Assembly: GCA_003971905.1 (NCBI GenBank)
Contig: RSEE01000032.1
Span: forward strand, 620,001-684,000
Direction: 5' to 3'
Source of the DNA: Moniliella sp. 'wahieum'
Taxonomy: Eukaryota
Length of the DNA stretch: 64,000 nucleotides
This document shows positions 37,615-48,400 of the stretch, piece by piece (the stretch's first letter is position 1; every line of letters starts with the position of its first letter). Both the position numbers and the translations under genes were made by a program. The notes beneath the pieces were generated by a model. It searched no databases. It was given only the letters and a program-made list of their open reading frames with translations, and was not told the DNA's origin.

Positions 37615-39693
37615 TCGTCCGATCGACTCATCCCTCCCCGCCCATCCACCTGCTCTCCCTCCCCCCCCCCGAGCCGTGCCGAGCCAGGCCAAGTGCGTCG
37701 GATCGGATCGCATCGGATCGAACGCTCCTATCTGCTTCGCCACTGCTGTCCCGTCGTGCCTGGGCCGGACCGGATCCTCGGTGCACCCGCTCGGCTCGGC
37801 TCGGCTCGGGTCAGTCCTCCCCCTCCCGCCCCTCCCTCTCTCTCTCGCCCTTGTGCCCTCATCGTTCCTCACTGTACGCTGTAGCATCGCAATGCCACCT
37901 GATCTCTGGTCTACCTGTGGCGCGCTCCGCCCCCCCCCCCCCTCCCTTGCCTGTCTCCTGTCCTTGTCCTCTCTCCCTTGTCCTTTCTCCGTTCTTCTTT
38001 TTTGTCTTTGCTGTTGTACCATACGATGTGCATCGCCCGCGCGCCCGCCTGCTTTCACCGGTCACCCTGCCAGCTCGCTATCTCCCGCTGGACGTGTCCG
38101 CGCGCGATGCTGTGCTGAGATGGTCGTGTGTTTACCTCGTAGCCTGCAGCCGGGGATGGTGTGCATGCACAGAGCACTGCAGTGTCGCATTCAACTTAAC
38201 CCACTAAGCGCACGCCACTGGTGCACCTGAACCCCGAGCCCCGAACCGTAGACCGTGAGCCGTGAGCCGTGAGCTGTGAGATCAAGCCTGAGCCTCAGGC
38301 GGGAGCCCTGAGCTTAGTAGCAGAGGGGGAGGCCAAGCCGTTGAGGTCAGCTTGGTCCGACAGCGATCCAAACGGAGCACGTGGCGCCCGGCCCGGCTCG
38401 GGCTGCACCAGTAAGGACGGGGTTGAGCATGTGGTCGCGGACCTAGCCTCCCAATGGGCAACGGCCATTCTCTCCTTTCACCACGGGCGCATACCCATCC
38501 GTTAGTAGTCGTAGTTGAGTGTTGAGTGTTGAGTGTTGAGTAGGTGCCCCCCTACGACAACAAAATGAAGGCTGGGCCAGGACGGAGGCTCCGTGAGCCG
38601 TCAGTTCAGTCCTCCCTTGAAGCCTAGTCCTCCTCGGCCATACAAACCAACGCTGGCCGCCAGAGCAAACCCGAGGCGGAATCTAACCTGTCTCGCTACT
38701 GACACTGACACTGACACGCTGACACTGGTAACTGACAACGGACATGAGCTAACCCCGCTGTTCTCGCCCCGCTCCCGTATCGTGTGGGTAGTGCTTGTCT
38801 ACTGTACCCTCCCCCCTCTCCAGAGATCCGTTGGTCTGGGGAGGGCGACGTTCAGGCAGGCCACCCAGTGGTTAGTGTCACAGTCGAGGCTAAGGCGAGG
38901 GAGACCAGGATCGGACTAGGCCAAGGGGTGTAGCAATCGTTCGTGGGGAAAGCAAGAACAGAGGACATGGTGCGAAGTGGAAGGAACAGGGAAGGAGCGA
39001 GACGCTCGAGACGAAGAAATTGGAAATGGGAGCGAGATCAGCCAAACTATGACAGTTAGGCACGAGCCGGTTCGGCTGCGACGGCAGGGCCGTGGAAACA
39101 AAACAAGTCACTTGAAGCTGAAGCACCGTCGTCGGCCCGTCCGACGCCTCATCTCCTACCAAAGACACCAAGGCGTGTCCGTTGGCATCGGGGACCAACA
39201 TCGCCCCTGCGTTGCGCAAGCAAGGAACAACCTGCCAGGAGTGCCTATTACGCCTATCACATACCACATCCAGCCACTTGGCGCGGCCTACACCCCGCCA
39301 CGTGGTTCAAGACGTACGCGACGACACCTGGGCATGATGCATGACTGATGACCATGACGAGTGCCTATCAACTTGGCGTATGTAGCTACAGTGGATCGGG
39401 GATGGAGCAGCTGGGCGATCCAAGCGGGATGCGTGGTATCTGTTGCGACATTGAATTGAGAAATTGTGAGGGGCTTCAAAACGGTGGCCATCATGCAAGG
39501 TTCCGGCTCGATCTGCAACCCCAGTTACTTTGCCGGGACTGTTTTAACACCAAAGGTTGTAGCACATGCAACGAGTGGTGAGGTTTGTCAGCCCGGGTGC
39601 GGGGGTGCTTAGCTGGCCCCACCGCGCTCTCTGTCCCCTACTCTGTCGCACCGCACTCCCCGAGCAAGACGTCTGTCTCATGTAGTTTGTACA

Positions 39694-40093
39694 TTAGACT
39701 GGTCAAACGAGAGGGGGGGGTCAGCACAGGTCCAGCACGAAAAGAAAGAAAGAGAATAAGAAAGAAAGAGCCGGCTGGACGTACTGTTGGAGGGGTAGAG
39801 CATGATGCGAACACTCTTGCCAAACGCAGCGGGGGGGATGTTGGTGGCGAACTTGGCGCGGACAATGCCCGAGTTGCCGTGGACACGGGTGACGCGCCCC
39901 AAATGACACGCACCTTGGTGCCGCGGACCTCCTTGGTGGCCTTGTAGACGTATGCAATGCGCTTGCCAAGGTAAAACTTGGCGTCGGCCTGCGTCGCCAC
40001 ACCGTCAATCTGCACCAGCGACGTGTGCGGGTGCGAGACGTGCTTGGAGCGCTGGTGGCCCTGGATCCGGCCCTTGGCGTACAGACGGCTCAT
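39694..40093 (-). CDS. RPL33: 60S ribosomal protein eL33 (L35A)
   Basis: MSRLYAKG...[13 protein letters not shown]...[21 protein letters not shown]...RIMLYPSN. Intron 39699-39784 leaves a final coding exon of 5 nt (TC TAA), giving YPSNI*. Confidence 0.96.
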
Positions 40094-40659
40094 CACGGCA
40101 GGCGGGGGAGAAGGAGGGTGGTCGGGCAAAGACGCGGCGCCCGACGGGCCTGCTGCCAGCACCCAGCACCCAACCAGCGCAGCGCACGCCCCCGACGCCC
40201 GCTAGGGTTGGAGCCCAGGCGCACTAGCGTCGGGGCCTCGGCACCATGGGGGTGGCGGCTGGGGGAGAGGCACTCGGGCACGAGCGCCGTGCGGCTAACC
40301 AATTGATTGCGCCCACCCACGGTAGGGTTGGCCGCGGCGGGGTAGGGGTGCAACTTTGAAATGGCAGCCATCCACACCCTGGCACACCCTGGCCTACTGT
40401 TCAACGTCTATCTCGCGTGATAAACATGTTAAGTTGAGCATCATCAACGTTGCGCTCACTTGAGCTGCTTGTGTCCGCCGCCTCCCAGACCTCCGACCTC
40501 CGACCCCGACTCCGAATCCGACTCCGACCTCAGATGCCCGCCGGCTCCGTCGCCGTACTGGACCGCCCGGCCGGCGCACGGGACCGTTGCCTGCTGCACA
40601 TCATAGCACAAAGGAAATGGATTAGCACACATCCGGGCTCTGGCGCTGCGCGTACGCGC

Positions 40660-42459
40660 TTAGAGCTGCTCGTACTCGACAATTCCGTCGGCCACTAGAT
40701 GGGCCGAGCGCACACACGCCTCCAGCAGCGGGATGCCGGCCGACCAGGAACCACACGCCCACAGCCGCGCTTCCCTCCCCTGCTCCACTAGCGGCACCCC
40801 CTGTGCCGCGCCTCCAGCTGCCACGGCGTCCACCCCACCTGCTGGGCGAGCCAGTGCGCCAGCCCCTTGCCCTGCAGCGGCCGCTGGCGCCAGAAGAACA
40901 GCGTGCGCCCCTGCGCTTGCCGCCCCGCCAGCGTCGTCCGCGCCCGACGTGGCCATGGACAGCACGGTGGCCGAGCGGGGACTGAGCCCGCTCCGCTCTT
41001 GTGGCGCGGTAGTTTGGAGTAGCACCTGCGGTCCGTTGGCCGAAGGGAAGTCCTGAGCCAACAGGTGCGTCGCCATCGTCTGCCCTTCGCCCGAGGGAAG
41101 CAGTAGGTTCAAGTCGCGCCAATCCGCCCGCTCCGGCGCAGCAACAGCATCGGTATGGTTGACCACCGTCACAGGTAAATACGGGACGGACGATAGGGCC
41201 TGGGCGAAATCTCGCCGGAGCCGTGCATGCTCTTCGCCCCCCTTGTCCAGGTGGGAATGCAGGTATCGCTCGACCAATTCCCCGCTCAAGTCGGCCGGGT
41301 GGCAAGGACGAGGTGGTCAAACTCGGCCCACGAAGGCGAGAGCATGCGGGCGCGCCGCCGTCCGAAGGCATCAGGAGAAGTTGCACCCTCCCACTCGCAG
41401 CTGGGGTGAGGCCCACGACGCGTGTGGACAGGTGAATTTGGTCCTTGGAATCGACGCCACCAGCGCCGCTTGTACCCGCGCCACACCGCCTTGCACGCGG
41501 GCGTGAGAACGGAGAAAGGTGGCCGCAACATACTCCAACACATCTGCCACCGGTGCTTCGCCCACCTCCGAGACGGGACAGGTCATCACGGCGCTCATCA
41601 GTGGCAGAAACATGTTTTGGGTAAAGCGGCTGGTCAGCAGCTGCCCATACCCCCACCTGCTGGGCGGAAGCGGCAGTTTTGCGTCGAGACGGGATTCCAA
41701 GCCAGGCCGCCACGTCGGTTTGAGTCAGCACATGCGATGGGTCGCGCAGGTGGCCGATGGTGGTGGTAGAGCGCGTAGGCGAGCACAAAATGTAGGACCA
41801 TAGCATCCCCATCCACCAAAGGTATATTGGGCCAGGCCTAGCCCCACGTCGAGCGCCGTCGCGAGCACAAGCAGAGGCCAGGGCAGAGTTCCCCACCGGG
41901 CCGCGACTCGCTGCCGCGCCGCTTGCCACCCATACTGCCATGGCAAGCCCACTCCGCGCAAGCCCGACGCGCCATTGTACAGCGTGTGCGGCGGCGGCGC
42001 CTGCCGACGGCCCCGCACCCCACTCGCAGACCGCGGAGGCTCCGACTCGCCCCAATGCTGCCCGTCGAGCTCGGCGGCGCAGACTCCTCGCTCGACGTCT
42101 CGCTCGACAGCGGACTGGCAAAAGCGCAGCGGCAAACGAGTAGTAAACTCGGTAGGCTGCAGCGTAATCCCCAGCTGACGGTACAGCGCACACGTCTCGG
42201 GGTAGTAGCCATAGTTCACCGCACGCATCGGCACATCCACGCGCACCGCCGGGCGCACACGCGACGAGGATTCTGGTGCGGATGCGGGCGCTTCGGACGA
42301 GGGAGTAGGCGCAGGTGGGCGGACGAGAATGGAAGCACTGTCGAGGCCAAGCGTGGGGGCAGCTTCAATGATGTGTACATCGCAGGTGGGTGCCAGACGG
42401 TGGGCGCAGGCAAGGCCCGCAAGGCCAGAGCCAACGACAGCTACGCGCGTTCGTGGCAT
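40660..42459 (-). CDS. FAD-dependent oxidoreductase (amine-oxidase fold, COG2907-like)
   Basis: Dinucleotide-binding motif RVAVVGSGLAGLACAHRL...IIEA; VDVPMR...GYYP; C-terminal LWACGSWSAGIPLLEACVRSA; multiple frameshifts. Confidence 0.82.
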
Positions 42460-43295
42460 GCTGGCGGCAGTGGTGGTGCTGGCGATGGTGGTGGTGGTGG
42501 TGGCGATGGGGGCGAGCGGGGCAGTGGCGGTGGGATGAGGAGGAGAGGAGGCGATGCGCACAGTGGCTGCCGCGGGATGATGGGGACGACGGGTGATAGC
42601 GCAAGAGCCACATTGGCCGACGCCTGGGGGTGATGCATGATGCATGATGCATGATAGGTGATCGCTTGGCAACGCAACCCACTGGCGCCACGCGTGAAAA
42701 CGGGGTGACATGTGGCATGCGACGCCGGCTGTGGCGGGTCAGGCGGTCAGGTGACCAGTGCCAGTGGTTGCTGCGGCGCCGTGGGGTTGGACGCGCGTGT
42801 CGCATGTCACCCCATCGCTGCTCGCAGCGCTCCCCATCCACACCGCCAGGCGCCCTGGCTTGATGAGCACATTGCCACCGCCGCGCCCCAACCCATCATC
42901 GCACCCGCCGTCACCAGCAGTCACCAGCAGTCACTAGTCTTGGCCCGGTCTTGAGATCTGAGAGGCCTGCGATGCTTGCCCTGCGATGCGCTGCGATGCC
43001 CACGGCGGATGATCTGTCACGTGCCACCACCATTTACCCGCCAACAACAGCTTCACACCAACGGCGACGCGCACACACGTATATAATCACGGCTGCGTCT
43101 GGCTGCGGCGGAATTTTACATGATCAACTCTCCCTTGCCCTGCCCTCTGCTGGTGAGATCATGGGATCTGTGGCAGCGGAAAACAGAGGCAGCGCCCCTG
43201 TCCGCGCCTAGGTCCTCAGCCAGCTCCACCCATCACGTAACTGCCCGTTGGCGCCACCACCCCCCTCTTTCCGCCCCTCCTTCGTCCCTGTCGCC

Positions 43296-43746
43296 ATGGC
43301 GCTGCTGTCCGAAGAACAAAGGTGAGCATTCCAGTATACTTTGTGTTTCTATACCTTTTGGCTTCTTGCCGCGCCTCGCCGCAACGAGCGTGGGCCACCA
43401 TGGCCGAGCCAGCGACGCACGTGGGATCCTTTTCTGTTGACACTCATTTTCCACCCGCTTTTCTGTCTTGTCTTCCCGCAGGGTTACATTTCCACGGCCA
43501 TTGAGACGGGCAAGGATGTGTTGCACTACGCTTGGGTCCCGCTTATTATCTACCTCGGCTGGACCCGCTCCAACCCTCAACCCAGCCTGATCAAGTACGT
43601 CATGCCCCCATCGCCCCTGTCGAGCTTGTAGCCTGCAGCGACGTAGATCTGTATGAGATTGGATACTGACCCGGCCCGACCCATGCACCCGTCCCCCTAC
43701 CTGGCCTCTTGCCACACTGAGCAGGATTCTCAGCCCCCTCTCCTAA
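43296..43746 (+). CDS. TOM7: Mitochondrial import receptor subunit Tom7
   Basis: Three exons (introns about 43322-43481 and 43594-43724): MALLSEE..YISTAIETGKDVLHYAWVPLIIYLGWTRSNPQPSLIKILSPLS*. Confidence 0.93.
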
Positions 43747-45683
43747 CACCGTCTCTAGCGTGCCGGGCCCTTCGCCCCTTGGCCTCAACGGTGGCAGGCA
43801 TGTTTTGTGAAAGACAGTGCTGGAAACCACTCCAGTCAGCTGAATCTTCAACTACCTTGCTTGCTCTTGCTTTGCGCCATCTCTTCCCACCGATGCATAT
43901 TTCTACTCCTTTGATGATTTCCCCTCCCTGCTCCACGTACTCAATCCAGCGCGCACACAAGTTGTGACTGCACAGCCATACTCGTAGGTCATTAGTTATA
44001 GACTGTGGAAGCGTGTACTATAATGGGGTATTCGTTTTTGGATACTGTGTTGGTAGATTCTGCACCGTTCACGACCCTCTCTGCCACTGTCACCAACCGC
44101 ATGCACGATTGGCTTCGTTCCAGCGTTTGTCCATTCATCGAATCCACTCTTTGTCCTAGTTTGAAGCTTCAAGCTTGACGAGCCGTTCTATTGCCAATAG
44201 TTCCACTGTCCATATGTGCATGCCATTCCCGTTGTTTCTGCCTCCTCTACACTATATACTGGTTAGTTCTAAGGAACGATGAAATGCTGGGAAAAATCTC
44301 ACAGGTCGAGAATAGAAAGACAAGAAGATCATTGCCTCCACTGAAAACATATCATCCTTTTCTGATGCTTCTTTCGCGCCCGCGGAAGATTGGACTCATC
44401 GACGGTGAAGATTGTGTCCAACAGGCTTCTACAGCAAGTATCCCATGAGGCATGATCCCCCCTCTTCCTCCACCAAGACACAACACATTCCACACCATTG
44501 CCGCCGATGCCCTCCACGGCCTGGGCCGAACTGCTCCGAAAGGGCATATACTTACTTGCCTCTGTACGCCACTTTGAATGAGTAGGAAACAGCCTTGTCT
44601 GAGTCTTTCCTCTTCGAGAAAATAGTTCAACCTTGCGGACATTGAACCCTCCTTGCTCCACCAGACTCCACCAGGCTCCACCTGCTCCATCCTGTGCTCC
44701 ATCCAGTTGCGCATGTGGCGACCACAGGCGACCACCCGTGGTCCAGAGCCCATCGGCTTCAAGTACCTTCAGTGTTAGTGATAAGTGTGTCGTGTGCATG
44801 AGGCCTGAGATGGGTGAGACAGGCGCCTTCCGCGGGATGTCTACGGACTTCGGGGTTCGGGGTTCGGTGCCTAGTGTCTCAGGCCTGCCTCCCTTAGGTC
44901 TCACACAGTCTCCCGGTCTAGCGCCTAGCAGAGCCTGTGGTCTTGCTTTTTTGCTCGTGACATGTGACATGTGAGTAACGCCAACACTGCCGGCTAGGCC
45001 TGTGACAGGCGACGGCACACGGACACTTCCCCGCACATCTGCTGATGGCACTGACGCGCTGACGAGTGACGCATTGTTCCCCCGTCCCCGCGTCACCGCG
45101 TCACCGGTCACAGTGAGACTTCAAGCTTCAAGCTTCAAGCTTCATTTACAGTTGGACGTTGGGACCTGGCTGCTCAAGTTGGGCGTTGAGCTGGGTGGCT
45201 CGTGCTTTGGCCAATGTCCCTTCAGTTCCTCCTCAGGCCTAGGAGTTCCGTTGTTTTCTCTCTCCTGTTTTCCCTTGTTCCGCAGCTTAGCCCCTGAGGC
45301 CCGACGGCAACTCGCTGCTTGATGTTCCTCTGTAGGCATTGCTGGTTGCCGCACCACCACCACCAGTGTGCGATTGCATCACCCTCGAGGACCATCAGGA
45401 CTCCCGGTCTCATCACTGGCCGAGTCTGTTTTCTTTTCCTGTGGCCAAGTTATGGAAGAGTACTTGGTCACTGACACCAGAGCATCGAGCATCGTTCAAC
45501 GTTCACTCTGGCCAGAGGGCATACTGAGTATGGCAAAGTAATCCTTGGTATGATACGGAGTGCCGGACTGGGCGAAAAGAACCGCAGCAACTCCCGCCGC
45601 CCCAACCGTGGGGCCGATGTTCAACGTTCAACGTTCAACGTTCAGCAAGGCTGGAAATAAGTGTGTTGGTTCACGATGATCGA

Positions 45684-46322
45684 TTAGTACTGTGATCCTC
45701 CCGCTCCCAGTCGGTATAGACCAGGTTCGCCTCTCGGTTCCATCGACTTCCACGCTGCGGGTATCGTCCCAGCGTGTGGCACTGTCCCCTTTCCTTGCAT
45801 TCTCTCCTGTGTGCCCCACTGGTCCTGAGTGCCCTGAGGCCTGAGCGCATCGACCCGGCTTAGTTCCTCAGACTGGTATCCAATCACTCCTTCGGCTCTA
45901 GGATCGTCATTTTGAACCCGTTGCGCACGAGTAGGGTGTTCGCCAACCTCAGCCGTTGCACGGGGAGCCAAGGAAGGCCGAGTCTGAGGATTCGTACGGC
46001 GATAGCCGCCCTTCGGCAAATTCTGCTTAGCAGCGATCTCCTCCATCTTGGCTTGTATATTCTGTTCTGTCCCGTGTATGCCGAACATGTACCAAAAGTT
46101 GGTACAGTATACGTCATCCAAACGTTCACGAAAGTGGCTCGTATGGTAGGAAACGGTACCGGGCAAACGGAGAGGGAGCTTTCCTTCATGCAAGTCCCTG
46201 AAAGATAATTTTGCTACGCAGCGCGGGCAAATGCAAAGTCGGTGATATCGTTCGCCATTGGTAGCCGCCGCGCGTTTGGTCCGCAGGGCGCGCCAGTCCG
46301 TATCTTCGCTGAATATCGGCAT
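45684..46322 (-). CDS. Orphan ORF with CxCxxC motif, possibly transposase-derived
   Basis: Uninterrupted ORF from ATG 46322: MPIFSEDTDW...CICPRC...GTVSYHTSHF..., lying in an otherwise gene-free interval. Confidence 0.45.
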   Translation of the reverse strand: MPIFSEDTDWRALRTKRAAATNGERYHRLCICPRCVAKLSFRDLHEGKLPLRLPGTVSYHTSHFRERLDDVYCTNFWYMFGIHGTEQNIQAKMEEIAAKQNLPKGGYRRTNPQTRPSLAPRATAEVGEHPTRAQRVQNDDPRAEGVIGYQSEELSRVDALRPQGTQDQWGTQERMQGKGTVPHAGTIPAAWKSMEPRGEPGLYRLGAGGSQY

Positions 46323-48400
46323 AGATGTGAGTGCGGGGTGTTGGCTGGAGGAGGGTTGGGTGGTGGAGAACAAGAGTTAGTCTGCAGGCGACATGAATAC
46401 AAGCAAATTCACACGTACGAGTATACCACTCGACGGTGGAGAGTGGAAGAAAGGAGGTGAGATCTGAGAGACGCAGACCCAAGGCGGTGTCGGTGGGAGG
46501 GTAGTGGGAAGCAGAAGAAGACGACCTTCCACTGGGGCTGGGCGTGACATGCTCGATTTGCTTTGGGATTATACGCGACGCGACGCGACGCGTCTTTGTC
46601 GCTGCGCGCAGCCTACCAAGCTACGCCAGCCAAGCTATAGGCCCGGTCGCGCTCTCCCCAAGTCGACTCGAGGCGAATCTCTTGTGCCATGTGCCGCATG
46701 TGCCGCATGTGCCGCGTCGGCTGGAAAAGCTGAACAAGGCGTAGGTGCCTGCCGCATACTTCTCCTACCTTTCTTTTCGTCACACATTTGGCCAGACTCT
46801 CGATCGCGACCGCGGACGCAACTCAACCATCGTCACGCGTCTGGCATCGATGATCGATGTCGATGATCATTGTTTTTTCGAGGACTGCCCTGTGGCCGAT
46901 TTCCGTCGTGTATGGCCTGACTCCATATATATGCCGCGGTGCTCTTTATACTGCTTCTTGCGCTGGCCTGGGGTAGCTTGGCCAGCTACCTGCTACACCT
47001 ACTTGTACTACACCTACTACACCTGGCTGCCCCTTCACGAGCTTCACGTCAGTACGTCACATACCAATGACGCCACGGATGGTAATGGATCCCAATAATT
47101 AAATTGACTTGGTCGACGTTGATGGATCGATGACGCAATGGCATAAGCACTTCACAATCGTCCAGCAGCAGAGCAACTTTTGGGGGAAGCGTGAAACCTT
47201 GCGCGTCCGTGGGCCGTTTGGGGGGGAGGGGGGCGAGGCCTGGGGAGGCCAAAGGCATCCAGCGCTTTAACCTGTTGTAGCTTTTTACTCTCGACACGTT
47301 TAACGTTTAGCCGTTCTCCCTACTTAATCGATAGTCGATTCGACATCAACCGACCATCCCGCTTCCTGACCTCTTCCCCCTCCGATGGCAGGACGTATAT
47401 ATAGTACTGCTTGGCCCAAGTTCAGGCGGCCAGATCTCAGCAGCCTTCAAGCGCTCAGAGTACCTGCGCGCTAAACGTTAAACTACAGCCAGTGCTTACA
47501 CCCGCAAGTCACAATGACCATATGCTGAGGCACTGAGCGGCAGAGCTTCTACATCGGGCTTTAATAGAACACTTTTTTCCGCCGACGAGGCCGGCGAGCG
47601 TATTAGTTGACACATGGCCCCTCGATAACAATAAGGTCGCCGATTCGATAAACGTTAAACGTTAATCGCCTTCTGCAGCTGAATATGTGTATGTGTGTGC
47701 ACAGAGCCCAACGCACACATTTTGTACGACTTGTTCGTCGTTGTGGCTCTCCTTCAAGCAGGAAGCATGTGCATGACGCGACTCTGTGCAGGGGAGAACG
47801 AGAGTAAACGCCTGAGCCTCAGGCCTCATGCCATGGACGACGTGGACCATTTGTCCGCGGGGGCTGGGGAGGGCTGGGCAAGCTCATCGCTCATCTGCTC
47901 ATCGGCGCATGCAACTGAATGTGACACCCTCCGTTCGCTTTTTGCCATCGGCCACAGGGGCCTTGCAAATGGCCCCGGGTGTGATGCAGGTGTGTGATAG
48001 CGCGCCGAGGGTGCCGGGCAGTGCTCAGCCAGGCTCAGCGCCAGCTGCGTTCGCCGTTCGGGGGCCTTTGGGGCGCTCAGCAACTGAACCGCCTCCTCAG
48101 GCCTCGCCCCACGGCCTCACCTGAGGCCTGGGGCCGGTCCGAAGTTGGTCAACTTGTTCCGCCTTCACATGCACACCCCTTGGGCCTCAGCGCCGCCAGC
48201 ATCGCCAGCCCCCCAGCCCCCCCACCACCCCCACCATCTCCACCACCGCTCAGCATCGTCCTTCAAGCTTCATCCATCACCCCGTGCCAGACGTGCTGCC
48301 CACAGAGCGCCAAGCGTCCGGTTCCTCCCGTCTCTCGTTGTTCCAACGCAGCGCTGGGCGCTGCACGTTCGATCGTGCGCAGGCCGAACTAGCTTCCACC

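Noticed and set aside
29438..43746. Calling SmE, eL33, Tom7 and neighbours pseudogenes
   Set aside because: Protein sequences are well conserved and the lesions are single-base indels in short runs, typical of sequencing error.
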